DNA of 64,000 bases from Armatimonadota bacterium (GCA_963677485.1 OY781964.1:4864001-4928000), one strand, 5' to 3'. Positions 18,660 to 27,915 are shown, counted from the stretch's first letter. Notes: a model not told the origin generated them from the letters alone. A program made the numbers and translations.

Positions 18660-19862
18660 ATGCGTCTTATCAAATGGTTCGCGCTGATTCTGGCGATACT
18701 CATGCCTGTTGTCGTGCACGCGTCAGATTGGCCCCAGTTCCTTGGCCCTACCGGTAACAGCATATCAACAGAGAAAATCGCCAATAGGAACTGGAATAGA
18801 ACTCCACCTAAGAAGCTCTGGAGTGCAGCCATGAGCGATGATGGTTATGCAGGACCATCTGTGGTTGCAGGAAAAGTGTATATCGTCGACCATATCGGAT
18901 CGGACAATGTGGTACGGGCCATTAACCTTAAAACAGGCAAAGATGACTGGACATATCGATTCCCAGATGCCGAGAAAGCGAACTACGGCTACGTTCGAGC
19001 CACTCCGATAGTCAACACAAGGCGAGTCTACATTCTTGGCCGGTTTGGTGAGATCATCTGTTTGAATTCCGCCAATGGTAAGAAGATATGGGCACGCAAC
19101 TACGCTTCAGAATTCAAAGGTAAGAAACCCACATGGAACTACTCAATGTCGCCTCTCATCGATGGTAACAAAGTGATTCTGTGTGCTGGCGGCGACAACG
19201 CAGCTATGGTCGCACTTGACAAGATGACCGGCAAGGCAATATGGCAAGGTGGAGGCAGTGATCAGGCCAGTTACGCCACCCCTACCGCCGCAGTCATTGG
19301 GGGCGTCCGTCAATATGTCGTGTTCACTGCAGTGAGCATCATCGGAGTAGACGCCGCGAAAGGCAACCTGCTTTGGCGTGTTCCTTGGAAAACCAGTTAC
19401 GACATCAATGGCGCTGCCGCTCAGATAACGGGAAACCGCGTATTTCTCACGAGCGGGTACAACCATGGTAGTATCCTACTGGAAATCAACGGACACACCG
19501 CGAGAACCGTCTGGGAATCCAAAGACATGCAATCGCGGTTCAACTCACCAGTGTTGTTAAGTGGCCACGCTTACGGCATTGGCGAGCCCGGAGAGCTTTC
19601 CTGCATCAACCTTCAGACGGGTAAAGCGACATGGAAACGTGCTGGATTCGAATTCGGAGGGCTGATCGCAGTCGATGGTTTAATACTGGCCATGAACGGC
19701 GGAAGCGGTGAGCTGGTCATGGTGAAGGCATCACCAAACAGCTACCAGGAGCTCGGTAAGTTCACTCCTCTGGGCGGTCAGAGCTGGACGGCTCCGATAC
19801 TGACGAACGACAACCTCATCGTTCGGAACAAAACCACTCTGGCCTGCTTCTCACTGAAGTAG
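18660..19862 (+). CDS. Secreted PQQ-like beta-propeller protein 2 (tandem paralog of protein 1)
   Basis: DWPQFLGP; shared blocks AMSD.G.AG.SVV, NYxMSP, PLGGQSWT, VRN.T.LACF.LK. Confidence 0.85.
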   Translation: MRLIKWFALILAILMPVVVHASDWPQFLGPTGNSISTEKIANRNWNRTPPKKLWSAAMSDDGYAGPSVVAGKVYIVDHIGSDNVVRAINLKTGKDDWTYRFPDAEKANYGYVRATPIVNTRRVYILGRFGEIICLNSANGKKIWARNYASEFKGKKPTWNYSMSPLIDGNKVILCAGGDNAAMVALDKMTGKAIWQGGGSDQASYATPTAAVIGGVRQYVVFTAVSIIGVDAAKGNLLWRVPWKTSYDINGAAAQITGNRVFLTSGYNHGSILLEINGHTARTVWESKDMQSRFNSPVLLSGHAYGIGEPGELSCINLQTGKATWKRAGFEFGGLIAVDGLILAMNGGSGELVMVKASPNSYQELGKFTPLGGQSWTAPILTNDNLIVRNKTTLACFSLK

Positions 19863-21131
19863 CTCTGAGTAGGCTTGAATAGTCTCTGCCGCCATTTTGG
19901 CGGCAGAGAAGTGTTCCCTGATCCCGGCTGCGCCTGAACTACCCATGGCATCGGCACGCTCGGGATTTTCAATAAGCTGGCCGATCGCCGACGCCAGTGA
20001 ACTTACGTCGCCCTGATGATACATCACTCCGCCACCTGTCAGGCCCAACATCTCCGGGAATATCCCCGATTGGGGCACCACTACGGGCACACCCATAGAT
20101 ATAGCCTCCATCACGGCCATTCCGCGTGACTCTGATATTCGGGTGGGCACCGCAAACAGGCTGCACCCTTTGAGAAATTCCAATTTACCGGAAAGACTCA
20201 CCTCACCCAAATGCTGAAATCTTGACGACAAACCCTCTAAGGCCAAACGGCTGGTTAACGCCTTATAGAATTGATGGTCAAGAACCTTGCCTGCCACCCG
20301 CAAGGTGACATCACGGTGTTGTTCTTTCGCGAGCTTTATGAAAGCCTCAGCAAGGATATCCAGACCCTTTGCTCGGTTGATCACAGACAGATAACCGACC
20401 ACTACAGGGTTCTTCGGCCTTTCGATCGTGTTGCGATACGTGCTGGTGTTGATACCCGCATGTATCACCTTGATTTTGCTCCGGTCCACATTCAAGAACT
20501 CACTCATGCTGACGGCATAGTCTCCACCTGGGGCAATGAACAGGTCGATCGATTTCGCATTGGCTTGCATCAGCTCCCTGGCCTTCGACCGATATGGTTC
20601 GGGCATCATGTTCACAAACCCGTCTTCGCCCTGCAATGTGCAGACCACCGGCACCCCAAGCTGCTGTTTAATCTGCACGGCGATGCCTGACAGCATCGAG
20701 TTCGTGATGTTCACCACACCATGCTCTGGGTTCTGCTTCAAGTGATCGATCAACCTCGACAGCTCTTTCCTCTGCTGCCCGTTCTGACCCTCCAGCACAG
20801 ATAAGGTCATTGGTCCCAAATCCTCAGGGCGTGTCTTGATGGAGAATCTGGACGCCCACTTCAGCAGCCGCCGGTTGTCAAACAGACGGTCGAAAGCTCG
20901 CGGGGTGTTCCGAAAGATCGGGGAAAGCTGTTGAAGGAAGACATTGATTCCGCCGTAATAGATAGGAGCGGTGCCCAGCACTGATTCTTCATCGGAATGG
21001 AAAGGGGTGTAGAGCGTGGTCACGCTGACATCGTGCCCAAGTGAGGTCAGCTCGTGGATGAGCGCGACATCACGCGCGCATGCTCCACAATACATATCCC
21101 CTGCCCCCGCCACGATGTATGTGATGCGCAT
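19851..21131 (-). CDS. Glycosyltransferase family 4 with N-terminal YCGAC motif
   Basis: GT-B motifs KGLDILAEAF, ESRGMAVMEAISMGVPVV; N-terminus AGAGDMYCGACARD. Confidence 0.85.
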   Translation of the reverse strand: MRITYIVAGAGDMYCGACARDVALIHELTSLGHDVSVTTLYTPFHSDEESVLGTAPIYYGGINVFLQQLSPIFRNTPRAFDRLFDNRRLLKWASRFSIKTRPEDLGPMTLSVLEGQNGQQRKELSRLIDHLKQNPEHGVVNITNSMLSGIAVQIKQQLGVPVVCTLQGEDGFVNMMPEPYRSKARELMQANAKSIDLFIAPGGDYAVSMSEFLNVDRSKIKVIHAGINTSTYRNTIERPKNPVVVGYLSVINRAKGLDILAEAFIKLAKEQHRDVTLRVAGKVLDHQFYKALTSRLALEGLSSRFQHLGEVSLSGKLEFLKGCSLFAVPTRISESRGMAVMEAISMGVPVVVPQSGIFPEMLGLTGGGVMYHQGDVSSLASAIGQLIENPERADAMGSSGAAGIREHFSAAKMAAETIQAYSELLQ

Positions 21132-21153
21132 GGGTCACCTCGTCATGGTTAGA

Positions 21154-22080
21154 CTAGAATTCCGCAGACAGAGCATGCAGCCGCAAGAGTGAGAGCGACC
21201 CCAGACCGTAATAAGTGTACTCGATGTCGGCTTCGCCATCGCTAGCTGAAGCTCGGAATCCGCCATCCGATGTCAGCAGGCTGCTGATGAAGCGGGCTGT
21301 CTGCGGCAGGTCAAGACGCTCAAGGTCATCCAGACCAGACAAGCAGACCATGCCAGTAAATGTTGACAGTAGATCCGCTTCGTCGATCAAGGGTATAGCC
21401 CGCAACCCTCCGCCTGGTGACTGCATGTTGGCCAGAAATGCGGCGGTCTGTGCAGATTCATCTGCATTGATTGCCCCTAGCAGTGTCAGACAAGCGACAG
21501 CAGCAGCCGTGGCATTTGTCTGACTACATGGCTCACCAGCCGTCTCACAATAACCGCCATCAGACCGTCTGAGCCCATTGAGAGCCCGTATGATGCCGTC
21601 TTTATCGGGTATATCGACATCAAGTATTTCATAACACAGCATAGCGAGAAATGTGTGATAGGCACTGACAACCGTGTCATTCGGCCGGGAGTACCCACCC
21701 CCTGGGAGATGCTGTCCACTTAACACAAGCATGATCTGGTCCAGGTTCAGAGTATATTTCGCTTCATCGGATCCCATCATACGCCAAATATTCAGCACAC
21801 TGAAACACTCAAGGACATCGTTTGGCTGATGGTGCCCAGCGGCAACGAACGGCATGGCCTTAGTTGGTGGAACAGGGTGGTTGTGAACAAGGCGAAGTGT
21901 TCGTAACCCAAAGTCGGTGTAATAGAGGTCGGACCTTCCCTGTCGGCCACAGAACCCGCCATCTGGTGATTGACAAACAGAAACATACTGTGTGATGTGG
22001 TTTCTGAGGGCTTGGCCCAACGATCTGGCACCCGTTTTGAGGGCTCCATCCAGGGCGGCGAGGAACCCTATTGGCATCAC
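21154..22080 (-). CDS. Prenyltransferase/squalene oxidase repeat protein (single alpha/alpha barrel, GGTase beta-like)
   Basis: Repeats QSPDGGF, RRSDGGY, QSPGGGL, TSDGGF with DLYYT, DLLST, DIEYTYY helices. Confidence 0.8.
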   Translation of the reverse strand: MMPIGFLAALDGALKTGARSLGQALRNHITQYVSVCQSPDGGFCGRQGRSDLYYTDFGLRTLRLVHNHPVPPTKAMPFVAAGHHQPNDVLECFSVLNIWRMMGSDEAKYTLNLDQIMLVLSGQHLPGGGYSRPNDTVVSAYHTFLAMLCYEILDVDIPDKDGIIRALNGLRRSDGGYCETAGEPCSQTNATAAAVACLTLLGAINADESAQTAAFLANMQSPGGGLRAIPLIDEADLLSTFTGMVCLSGLDDLERLDLPQTARFISSLLTSDGGFRASASDGEADIEYTYYGLGSLSLLRLHALSAEF

Positions 22081-23786
22081 GAAATACGGCCTGGTAATAC
22101 CAGGCTGATAATAAACCGCATGAGTTCCTGCATCGGTAACGGATCAAAACTGGAAACCAGCTCTTCAGCTTTCGATCGCAGTTTTTGCACCAACCGTTGG
22201 GTTTTATCAAAGACCCCCAGCTCGGTGTAGAGGTTTCGAAGCCGCTCCACCTCCGCAACAGAATCGGAGGCCGCTTCCAGCAGATGCCTCTCCGATTCGG
22301 AACACGCTTGCAGGGCAAAGGCATGCAAGATCGTTGGCCTTTGAGCCAGCACATCTCCGCCTGCCAGCTTACGGTTGGCATTGTCCAGCTGCCAGTCTTC
22401 CAGGTCATTGAGCGCTTGATACCCCTCACCGAGGTAGGTGCAAAACAGCCGGAGCTTCTGATGGTCGATCTCAACCTTTGCGGCACGTAAACCGGCGTAT
22501 AGTGCTACCTCGAGCGCAGGGGCCGTCTTCAGCGAATAGATCGATAGCACATCCATCGGGCTTAGTATCTGCCCGCTCCGGCCTTTCCACATGAGCTCCG
22601 CACCCTGTCCACGGCACAAATCCAAATGGGCGCTGGAAAGACAGCGCAGGATGTCCGCCGTGCACTCTGCACCAAGAGCCGATGCCTCACCAGCCACCAG
22701 GTTGTAACCTAGACCGACCAGGTAGTCACCCACATTGATAGCCGGTGCCACGCCATGCTTTCGATGGATGGTCATCTGACCGTAGCGATAGATGTCATTG
22801 TCCTCGATGTCATCATGCACAAGTGAGGCCTTATGCATCGCCTCGATAGCCATCGCGAGCCGTCGGATTGACATGGGTATGAGCGTGTAGGGATCAATAT
22901 CTGCTTCCAGAGCGTGGCTCCCATGGATGGCGACCGCATACGAAGCCACCGTCAAAAACGGCCTCAGCCGTTTACCACCATGAGTGAACCAGTCCAGTGC
23001 GATCTTCTCGGTCGCATCACGAGGTTCTATTTCTGATCCATCGGGCAAGAACTGTGCAATACTAGACGGCAGCGCTTCTCTTAACCCCGCCATATCAAAA
23101 ATACCCATCGTCTCACGCAACAAATGCACATAGGTGCGCGGAGGCGACACCGTTTGCTTGGATGACATGCGGAGTATCGAGCGCAACTCGCCTAGTTCGG
23201 TGGTCGTGTTGACGCATCCATCTTGCAGCAGCGGGACGGCCATGTAGGGGATACCAATATCGGATATTCGTGAATACGACTTCTCCAGCGAATCCAGGCA
23301 GGCCACTCCAAGCAAGGCATCCGTGCCACCCTCGAGAACCTTCATGATGACCGCCGTGGTGCCCTCTGAGATGATGACCTCATAACCGAGCCGTTCGGCT
23401 TCTGACTTCAATCCGCCGATATCACACGCATCGCATTGCCTGCACATCAGATTGGAGGCGTCGAGTTCGGCCGTGCATTCCGCATGGTTGCTCATGCAGT
23501 GTGGCAGCAGCAGCAACCTGCGGTGGAATGGCACCGTCTCGAAATACCTGCGCCAATATATGTTGCTTATGGCCACCATCGTATATCCCAGGTAGACTTC
23601 AGACAGCGAAAGCTTTTTTAACAATGATGCAGCCATTGATTTTAGCTCTTCTTGAGACGGGTAACGATCAGTCACGAACTCCGCGGCCTGATCCTCAGCT
23701 AAGCTGCGAATCGAAGCCCTGACCGATTTATCCTGGGGTACCTGTTTGATATCACTGGTTAGGTGTTCACGCGCTGCTGACATCAT
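22077..23786 (-). CDS. Polyprenyl diphosphate synthase fused to a Cys-rich DUF116 domain
   Basis: GGKRLRP, FARM LVHDDIED..YRYG, GQ, KTA, second motif NDLED; N-terminal LLLPHC...C...CRQCDAC...GVAC. Confidence 0.85.
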   Translation of the reverse strand: MMSAAREHLTSDIKQVPQDKSVRASIRSLAEDQAAEFVTDRYPSQEELKSMAASLLKKLSLSEVYLGYTMVAISNIYWRRYFETVPFHRRLLLLPHCMSNHAECTAELDASNLMCRQCDACDIGGLKSEAERLGYEVIISEGTTAVIMKVLEGGTDALLGVACLDSLEKSYSRISDIGIPYMAVPLLQDGCVNTTTELGELRSILRMSSKQTVSPPRTYVHLLRETMGIFDMAGLREALPSSIAQFLPDGSEIEPRDATEKIALDWFTHGGKRLRPFLTVASYAVAIHGSHALEADIDPYTLIPMSIRRLAMAIEAMHKASLVHDDIEDNDIYRYGQMTIHRKHGVAPAINVGDYLVGLGYNLVAGEASALGAECTADILRCLSSAHLDLCRGQGAELMWKGRSGQILSPMDVLSIYSLKTAPALEVALYAGLRAAKVEIDHQKLRLFCTYLGEGYQALNDLEDWQLDNANRKLAGGDVLAQRPTILHAFALQACSESERHLLEAASDSVAEVERLRNLYTELGVFDKTQRLVQKLRSKAEELVSSFDPLPMQELMRFIISLVLPGRIS

Positions 23787-25536
23787 CACCAATCCTGCTA
23801 ATGGGGTTCTGGAGAGCACTAAGCGAGCCTAACGCTTCTACCGTCCAGATGACCGGATACAGACGTTCAGAATACCAGAGACTGGAAAAATACAACCCGA
23901 TAGGCGAAGCTTCGGTCCAACTGCCATCTTCAACCCGTGTGATCAGATGTTCGCCGCCAGATTTGATGACCTCACTCACACCGGGCCGTGAGGAAAACTG
24001 GCATAAAGCTGATAGCACAGTCGCCGTCTCCTCGACAGAAGAGCGTATGCCGGGAGCCCCACCCCATCCACCGTCAGAATTTTGGGCAGCCACCAAGTAT
24101 TTTACACCTTTACCCGACTCCATATGACTGGTATGCGACCCCGCATAGGCTAGAAGCGTCCTGGCGGTGCCATATACGGGGTTGTGACCGGTTTCAGTAG
24201 CTTGGTTACCAAACCACAATGGGATCCAGGAACCATCCTCGTTCTGCGTCCGATGCAGATACGCATATCCATTTGCAATGGCCGCCTTCAATGGCTGATC
24301 TGTTGAATGCTGCCCAAAAGCGTGAAGCGCACGCAGCGTATGTGATGTGATATCAGGCGAGCTCTTGTCGAATGGCAACTGCCCCCAGCCCCGACAGAAA
24401 GCCGGCCAGCCGCCGTCTGAGTTCTGCAGGCCGCGCAGCCAGCTCACTCCCTTGGCAGCCGCATCAGATTGGTTCAGCCCCAATAGGGCCAAAACCGCGC
24501 CTGATGTATCATCGGCATCAGGCACACCACCCGGATGATGCGTCCAAGGAAATCCCCCAGGACTTGCACCGGTGAAGGGGTGCTTTGCCTGTTGTTGCTG
24601 GTGGCCTATCCATTGGGCTGTATGCGAGACATCAAGCCGGCTCAAACTCTCCGCCCGGTCAAGAGCAGCCACAGCGCCTGTGGTCAGCCACACCGATAGG
24701 TCGGTATCGATCGGCCAACTGCCATCATCGCGTTGGGATGCACTGATGAACTCCAGGCATTTACTCACCGCGGGGTGCCGGGCACCACGAACTGAACCCA
24801 AACTCATCGCCACGAAGCCTGTCAACGGTGTCGCCTCTAGAAATCCGCCGTTCACGGGCTGGATTTTCGCTAGTATAGCTAGAGCGGCGGGCATCACCGC
24901 CTGACGGATATATCTGCTCATCGCCGACTTTGGTGGGTTTCGGTGAAACAAAGTGATACCGATGGCTATCAAGGCAGGTAAAGCGTAACTGACCACATGA
25001 AGCCGTAGAAATCGAAATAGGCTCTGAGGGAACACCGCCAACTCAAACGGCAGCGAAGGCACACTGCTCCATGGCACCATTCCCGCCAACGCGCAGTTCA
25101 TCAAGATTGGCACCGCAAAAGTGCGGTCCTCACCGTAGATATTTGTGACGGCTTTCACAATTTCATCCGGTGTGGACCCCGCGTGTGCTTCGATGTAGGT
25201 GTTCGCATTCGCAGATGCAGCAAGATGGTCTTGTTTGGATAGTTTGAGTGCGGCGATGACCAGCAATGTGGTCGAAAGATTGCTGGGGCTGGTTGAGGTG
25301 TCACCCCAGCCGCCATCGGAGTTTTGGGTCTGAGCGAGCCACTCCACACCCGTAGCTATACGGTTCGCGTGGGCTTCTAGCTCAGATACCGCCATCGCAC
25401 TGACCGCAATGGCCGTGGAGAGTGCCGAGGAGGAGAGCTCACCCTTCCAGTAGCCTTCAGGCTGCATCTCGTTTAGAAGATACTCTACGGCCTGGTGTGT
25501 GGCTTGGGCCAGCCTCTCGTGATTGATATCGCTCAA
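23767..25536 (-). CDS. Squalene-hopene-cyclase-like class II terpene cyclase
   Basis: Catalytic PDADDT; QW repeats QNSDGGW (x3), QRDDGSW, QNEDGSW; W.GEL N-terminus; VYGT; TTG start coupled to the upstream TGA. Confidence 0.85.
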   Translation of the reverse strand: MSDINHERLAQATHQAVEYLLNEMQPEGYWKGELSSSALSTAIAVSAMAVSELEAHANRIATGVEWLAQTQNSDGGWGDTSTSPSNLSTTLLVIAALKLSKQDHLAASANANTYIEAHAGSTPDEIVKAVTNIYGEDRTFAVPILMNCALAGMVPWSSVPSLPFELAVFPQSLFRFLRLHVVSYALPALIAIGITLFHRNPPKSAMSRYIRQAVMPAALAILAKIQPVNGGFLEATPLTGFVAMSLGSVRGARHPAVSKCLEFISASQRDDGSWPIDTDLSVWLTTGAVAALDRAESLSRLDVSHTAQWIGHQQQQAKHPFTGASPGGFPWTHHPGGVPDADDTSGAVLALLGLNQSDAAAKGVSWLRGLQNSDGGWPAFCRGWGQLPFDKSSPDITSHTLRALHAFGQHSTDQPLKAAIANGYAYLHRTQNEDGSWIPLWFGNQATETGHNPVYGTARTLLAYAGSHTSHMESGKGVKYLVAAQNSDGGWGGAPGIRSSVEETATVLSALCQFSSRPGVSEVIKSGGEHLITRVEDGSWTEASPIGLYFSSLWYSERLYPVIWTVEALGSLSALQNPISRIGDDVSSA

Positions 25537-27044
25537 CTTTTGGCCCGAAACCCATGCAGTGCGAAAAGTGTATTCCACTGCAGAACCTGTCCGCGGCCGA
25601 GAACCTGCAGCAGAGCTCTACGTCCTGCAGGAACACCCGCCGCCTTCTGGTTATCCCAATACATTTTGGGTATCCACCGGAAGTTCAGCTTGTAGGATTC
25701 TTTGACCAGTTGCCAGTGCAGCCGGCTCATATCCTTCACCTTTAAGCCATTGGTGCCGTCAATGGGAGCATACAGCACAGGGAACACAGTGATGCGCAGA
25801 TTCGACATGGATTGGACCCAATCTACAGTCTTCTGAACGTCCTTTGGGCTCTCCCCAGGCAGGCCCACCACAAGGCTGACCATCGGCATAAATCCGGCTT
25901 TGCACAGTCTGCGGAGCTGCTCTGCGGCGAACTCGCCCCAGTGTTCTGCCGGAGCACGCCCCATTTTCACAGAACCGCCATTCGCCTTGAGCAACTCGCC
26001 AGAGATCGTCTCAACCCCGACGTTCACCCAAGGATACTCACAGCCTGTGTCACCGACCAGCAGACCATGTATGGTGCTCAACTGTTCATCCGAAAACTGC
26101 GAGATGCTCAACACATTGGCATGATCGGTCTGTATCAGCCGCAGCCCTTCGATCTGCCGCAGTTTCTTCAGAAGAGAGATCACCGCGTCAGGGTTGGCCG
26201 TGGTGCCGGTGGATCCATACCGGAAAAAGTCCTCGCTGAGGATCGCGATGCTGCTCATGCCCGCTTTGATGTTGGTGAGCACATCCGCCACTACGGTGGC
26301 TTCGGGCAGATGGATCATCGGTACACGGGCGATCGTGCAAAACGCGCACCCCAATCCACAGCCACGGCTGATCTCCACCACGCCCATGGAACTCGCGCCG
26401 CGTATGCATGGAACCGCGTCCGCGGACACAGGTTCTCCAGATAGACTGGGGGCCGTCTCGCCACCATCGATGATGCGGTGGAACAGCTCCGCCACGTTGC
26501 CCTCTGCGTAACCGCTAATGACATGATCAATCCCCAGCTTCTGCATCTGGCGTGGATCAGCTGCTATTTGCCAAGCCCCTGGTCCGCCCATCACGAGCTT
26601 CGCTTTGGACTGGGATATCTTTAGAGTCTCTTTCACTCTGTTCATGAGGCGTTCGAACATCACCAGTGGGAATATCTGTCCACCTGCGATTTCTGTCATG
26701 GTGGAGCTGTTCATACCGTGTCCAGCCGGCTCACCAGAGCTCACCGCGATAATCGCAGTGTCGGCGCCTACGGCCTGATGCAGGTTGCGCTCATCGACGA
26801 CGATCACCTCATCGGAAGTAAACCCGCCTGCGAGCAATGCCGCCTCGATGCGGCGAAGTCCTAAGGGAGCTGTCAAGGCTCGGATGTCAGTACCCCGGTT
26901 CCAGGGCATCAGCAGGTCCGAGGTCACCCACGGCGGGATACTGGATGTCTGGCTGGCCGCCAGCATTCCATCAAACAACAGTTTATAGTTGGCCATCAGC
27001 GTACGATCGGCCGTGAGCACCACTTTGTAGCCTGTTTGTATCAC
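25533..27044 (-). CDS. B12-binding-like radical SAM protein resembling archaeal GDGT ring synthase (Grs/Gms) homologs
   Basis: CGLGCAFC cluster motif; VVLTADR, APLGLRRIEAAL, GGPGAWQ, VEISRGC, VGVETISG, GLPGE. Radical SAM call is firm; the subfamily is from recalled motifs. Confidence 0.75.
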   Translation of the reverse strand: MIQTGYKVVLTADRTLMANYKLLFDGMLAASQTSSIPPWVTSDLLMPWNRGTDIRALTAPLGLRRIEAALLAGGFTSDEVIVVDERNLHQAVGADTAIIAVSSGEPAGHGMNSSTMTEIAGGQIFPLVMFERLMNRVKETLKISQSKAKLVMGGPGAWQIAADPRQMQKLGIDHVISGYAEGNVAELFHRIIDGGETAPSLSGEPVSADAVPCIRGASSMGVVEISRGCGLGCAFCTIARVPMIHLPEATVVADVLTNIKAGMSSIAILSEDFFRYGSTGTTANPDAVISLLKKLRQIEGLRLIQTDHANVLSISQFSDEQLSTIHGLLVGDTGCEYPWVNVGVETISGELLKANGGSVKMGRAPAEHWGEFAAEQLRRLCKAGFMPMVSLVVGLPGESPKDVQKTVDWVQSMSNLRITVFPVLYAPIDGTNGLKVKDMSRLHWQLVKESYKLNFRWIPKMYWDNQKAAGVPAGRRALLQVLGRGQVLQWNTLFALHGFRAKS

Positions 27045-27048
27045 TAAT

Positions 27049-27915
27049 CTATAATCGCTTCTGGGCAAGCTTTTCGAGGTCATCCACCAGGCTATCCAGG
27101 TCATCAAGTGCACCTTGTGGCGGGAGAGGTACTGGCTTTTGAACAGATAACATCGGGCGTCCGCACTGCTTACATAGTTCCGCAGCCGGGTCAAACTTGG
27201 TCATGAGCATCAAGGTTGGTTTTTGCCCACACAAGCTACAAACCGCACCTCCAGTGCTGACTTGTGGCTTCCTGGGATTACTGCTCATAGTCACAAACAA
27301 TCCCGGCGCGCCTGCGATGGACTCATCTTTGCTGTACAGCGGAAAACTGATGGCACTGTTCGGGCAGACCCGGCTGCAAGCGGGACAACCCGGCTTACAG
27401 TTCTCTGGGTTGGTGGCAGTGACGCGGTGCTCAGCATCATACTCATACACATTGAAGATGCAGAACTGCAGGCAGTTTCCGCAGTTGGTGCATCGTGAGC
27501 CGTCCATCACCGGATACCACCTGTCGGTGACCTCCTCTGTGATTTCACTGAGCGATCCCACTGTAGCACCAAGCTCGTTGTGCGCATATAAAGCCCAGAC
27601 GGCTTCATAACACTCATCTTCAGACTGATACGCTGCCATGTTGAACACGTGCGATGCATCAATGCCGCATCCGTGTTTTTGAAGCAAGGCAGCGGCCGGC
27701 CGAGTGTGTATCCAGCTTAAAAATACGAACTCCGTCGAAACCACCGGTAATGAATCCCATACAGGTGAAGTTTCAGACAAGTGGTAACTATGGGGTATGA
27801 GCAGCACGTCGAAATGACCCGAAACCCTGCACTTTTCGGCAAGAGCGTCTTCGAACGAGTGGTGCATAAGATCACCAGTATTATCCCTGGAAATGACAAC
27901 GTGTATGCTATTCAT
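27049..27915 (-). CDS. 2x[4Fe-4S] ferredoxin-domain protein with extra N-terminal domain and C-terminal CxxC...CxxC
   Basis: CTNCGNCLQFC and CKPGCPACSRVCP; CSLC...CKQC; start MNSIH behind AGGA. Confidence 0.75.
   Translation of the reverse strand: MNSIHVVISRDNTGDLMHHSFEDALAEKCRVSGHFDVLLIPHSYHLSETSPVWDSLPVVSTEFVFLSWIHTRPAAALLQKHGCGIDASHVFNMAAYQSEDECYEAVWALYAHNELGATVGSLSEITEEVTDRWYPVMDGSRCTNCGNCLQFCIFNVYEYDAEHRVTATNPENCKPGCPACSRVCPNSAISFPLYSKDESIAGAPGLFVTMSSNPRKPQVSTGGAVCSLCGQKPTLMLMTKFDPAAELCKQCGRPMLSVQKPVPLPPQGALDDLDSLVDDLEKLAQKRL

Noticed and set aside
23767-25536. Ordinary hopanoid (hpn) cluster; gene symbol shc
   Set aside because: No hpnCDE/G/H neighbours and a divergent active-site loop, so the symbol was withheld.
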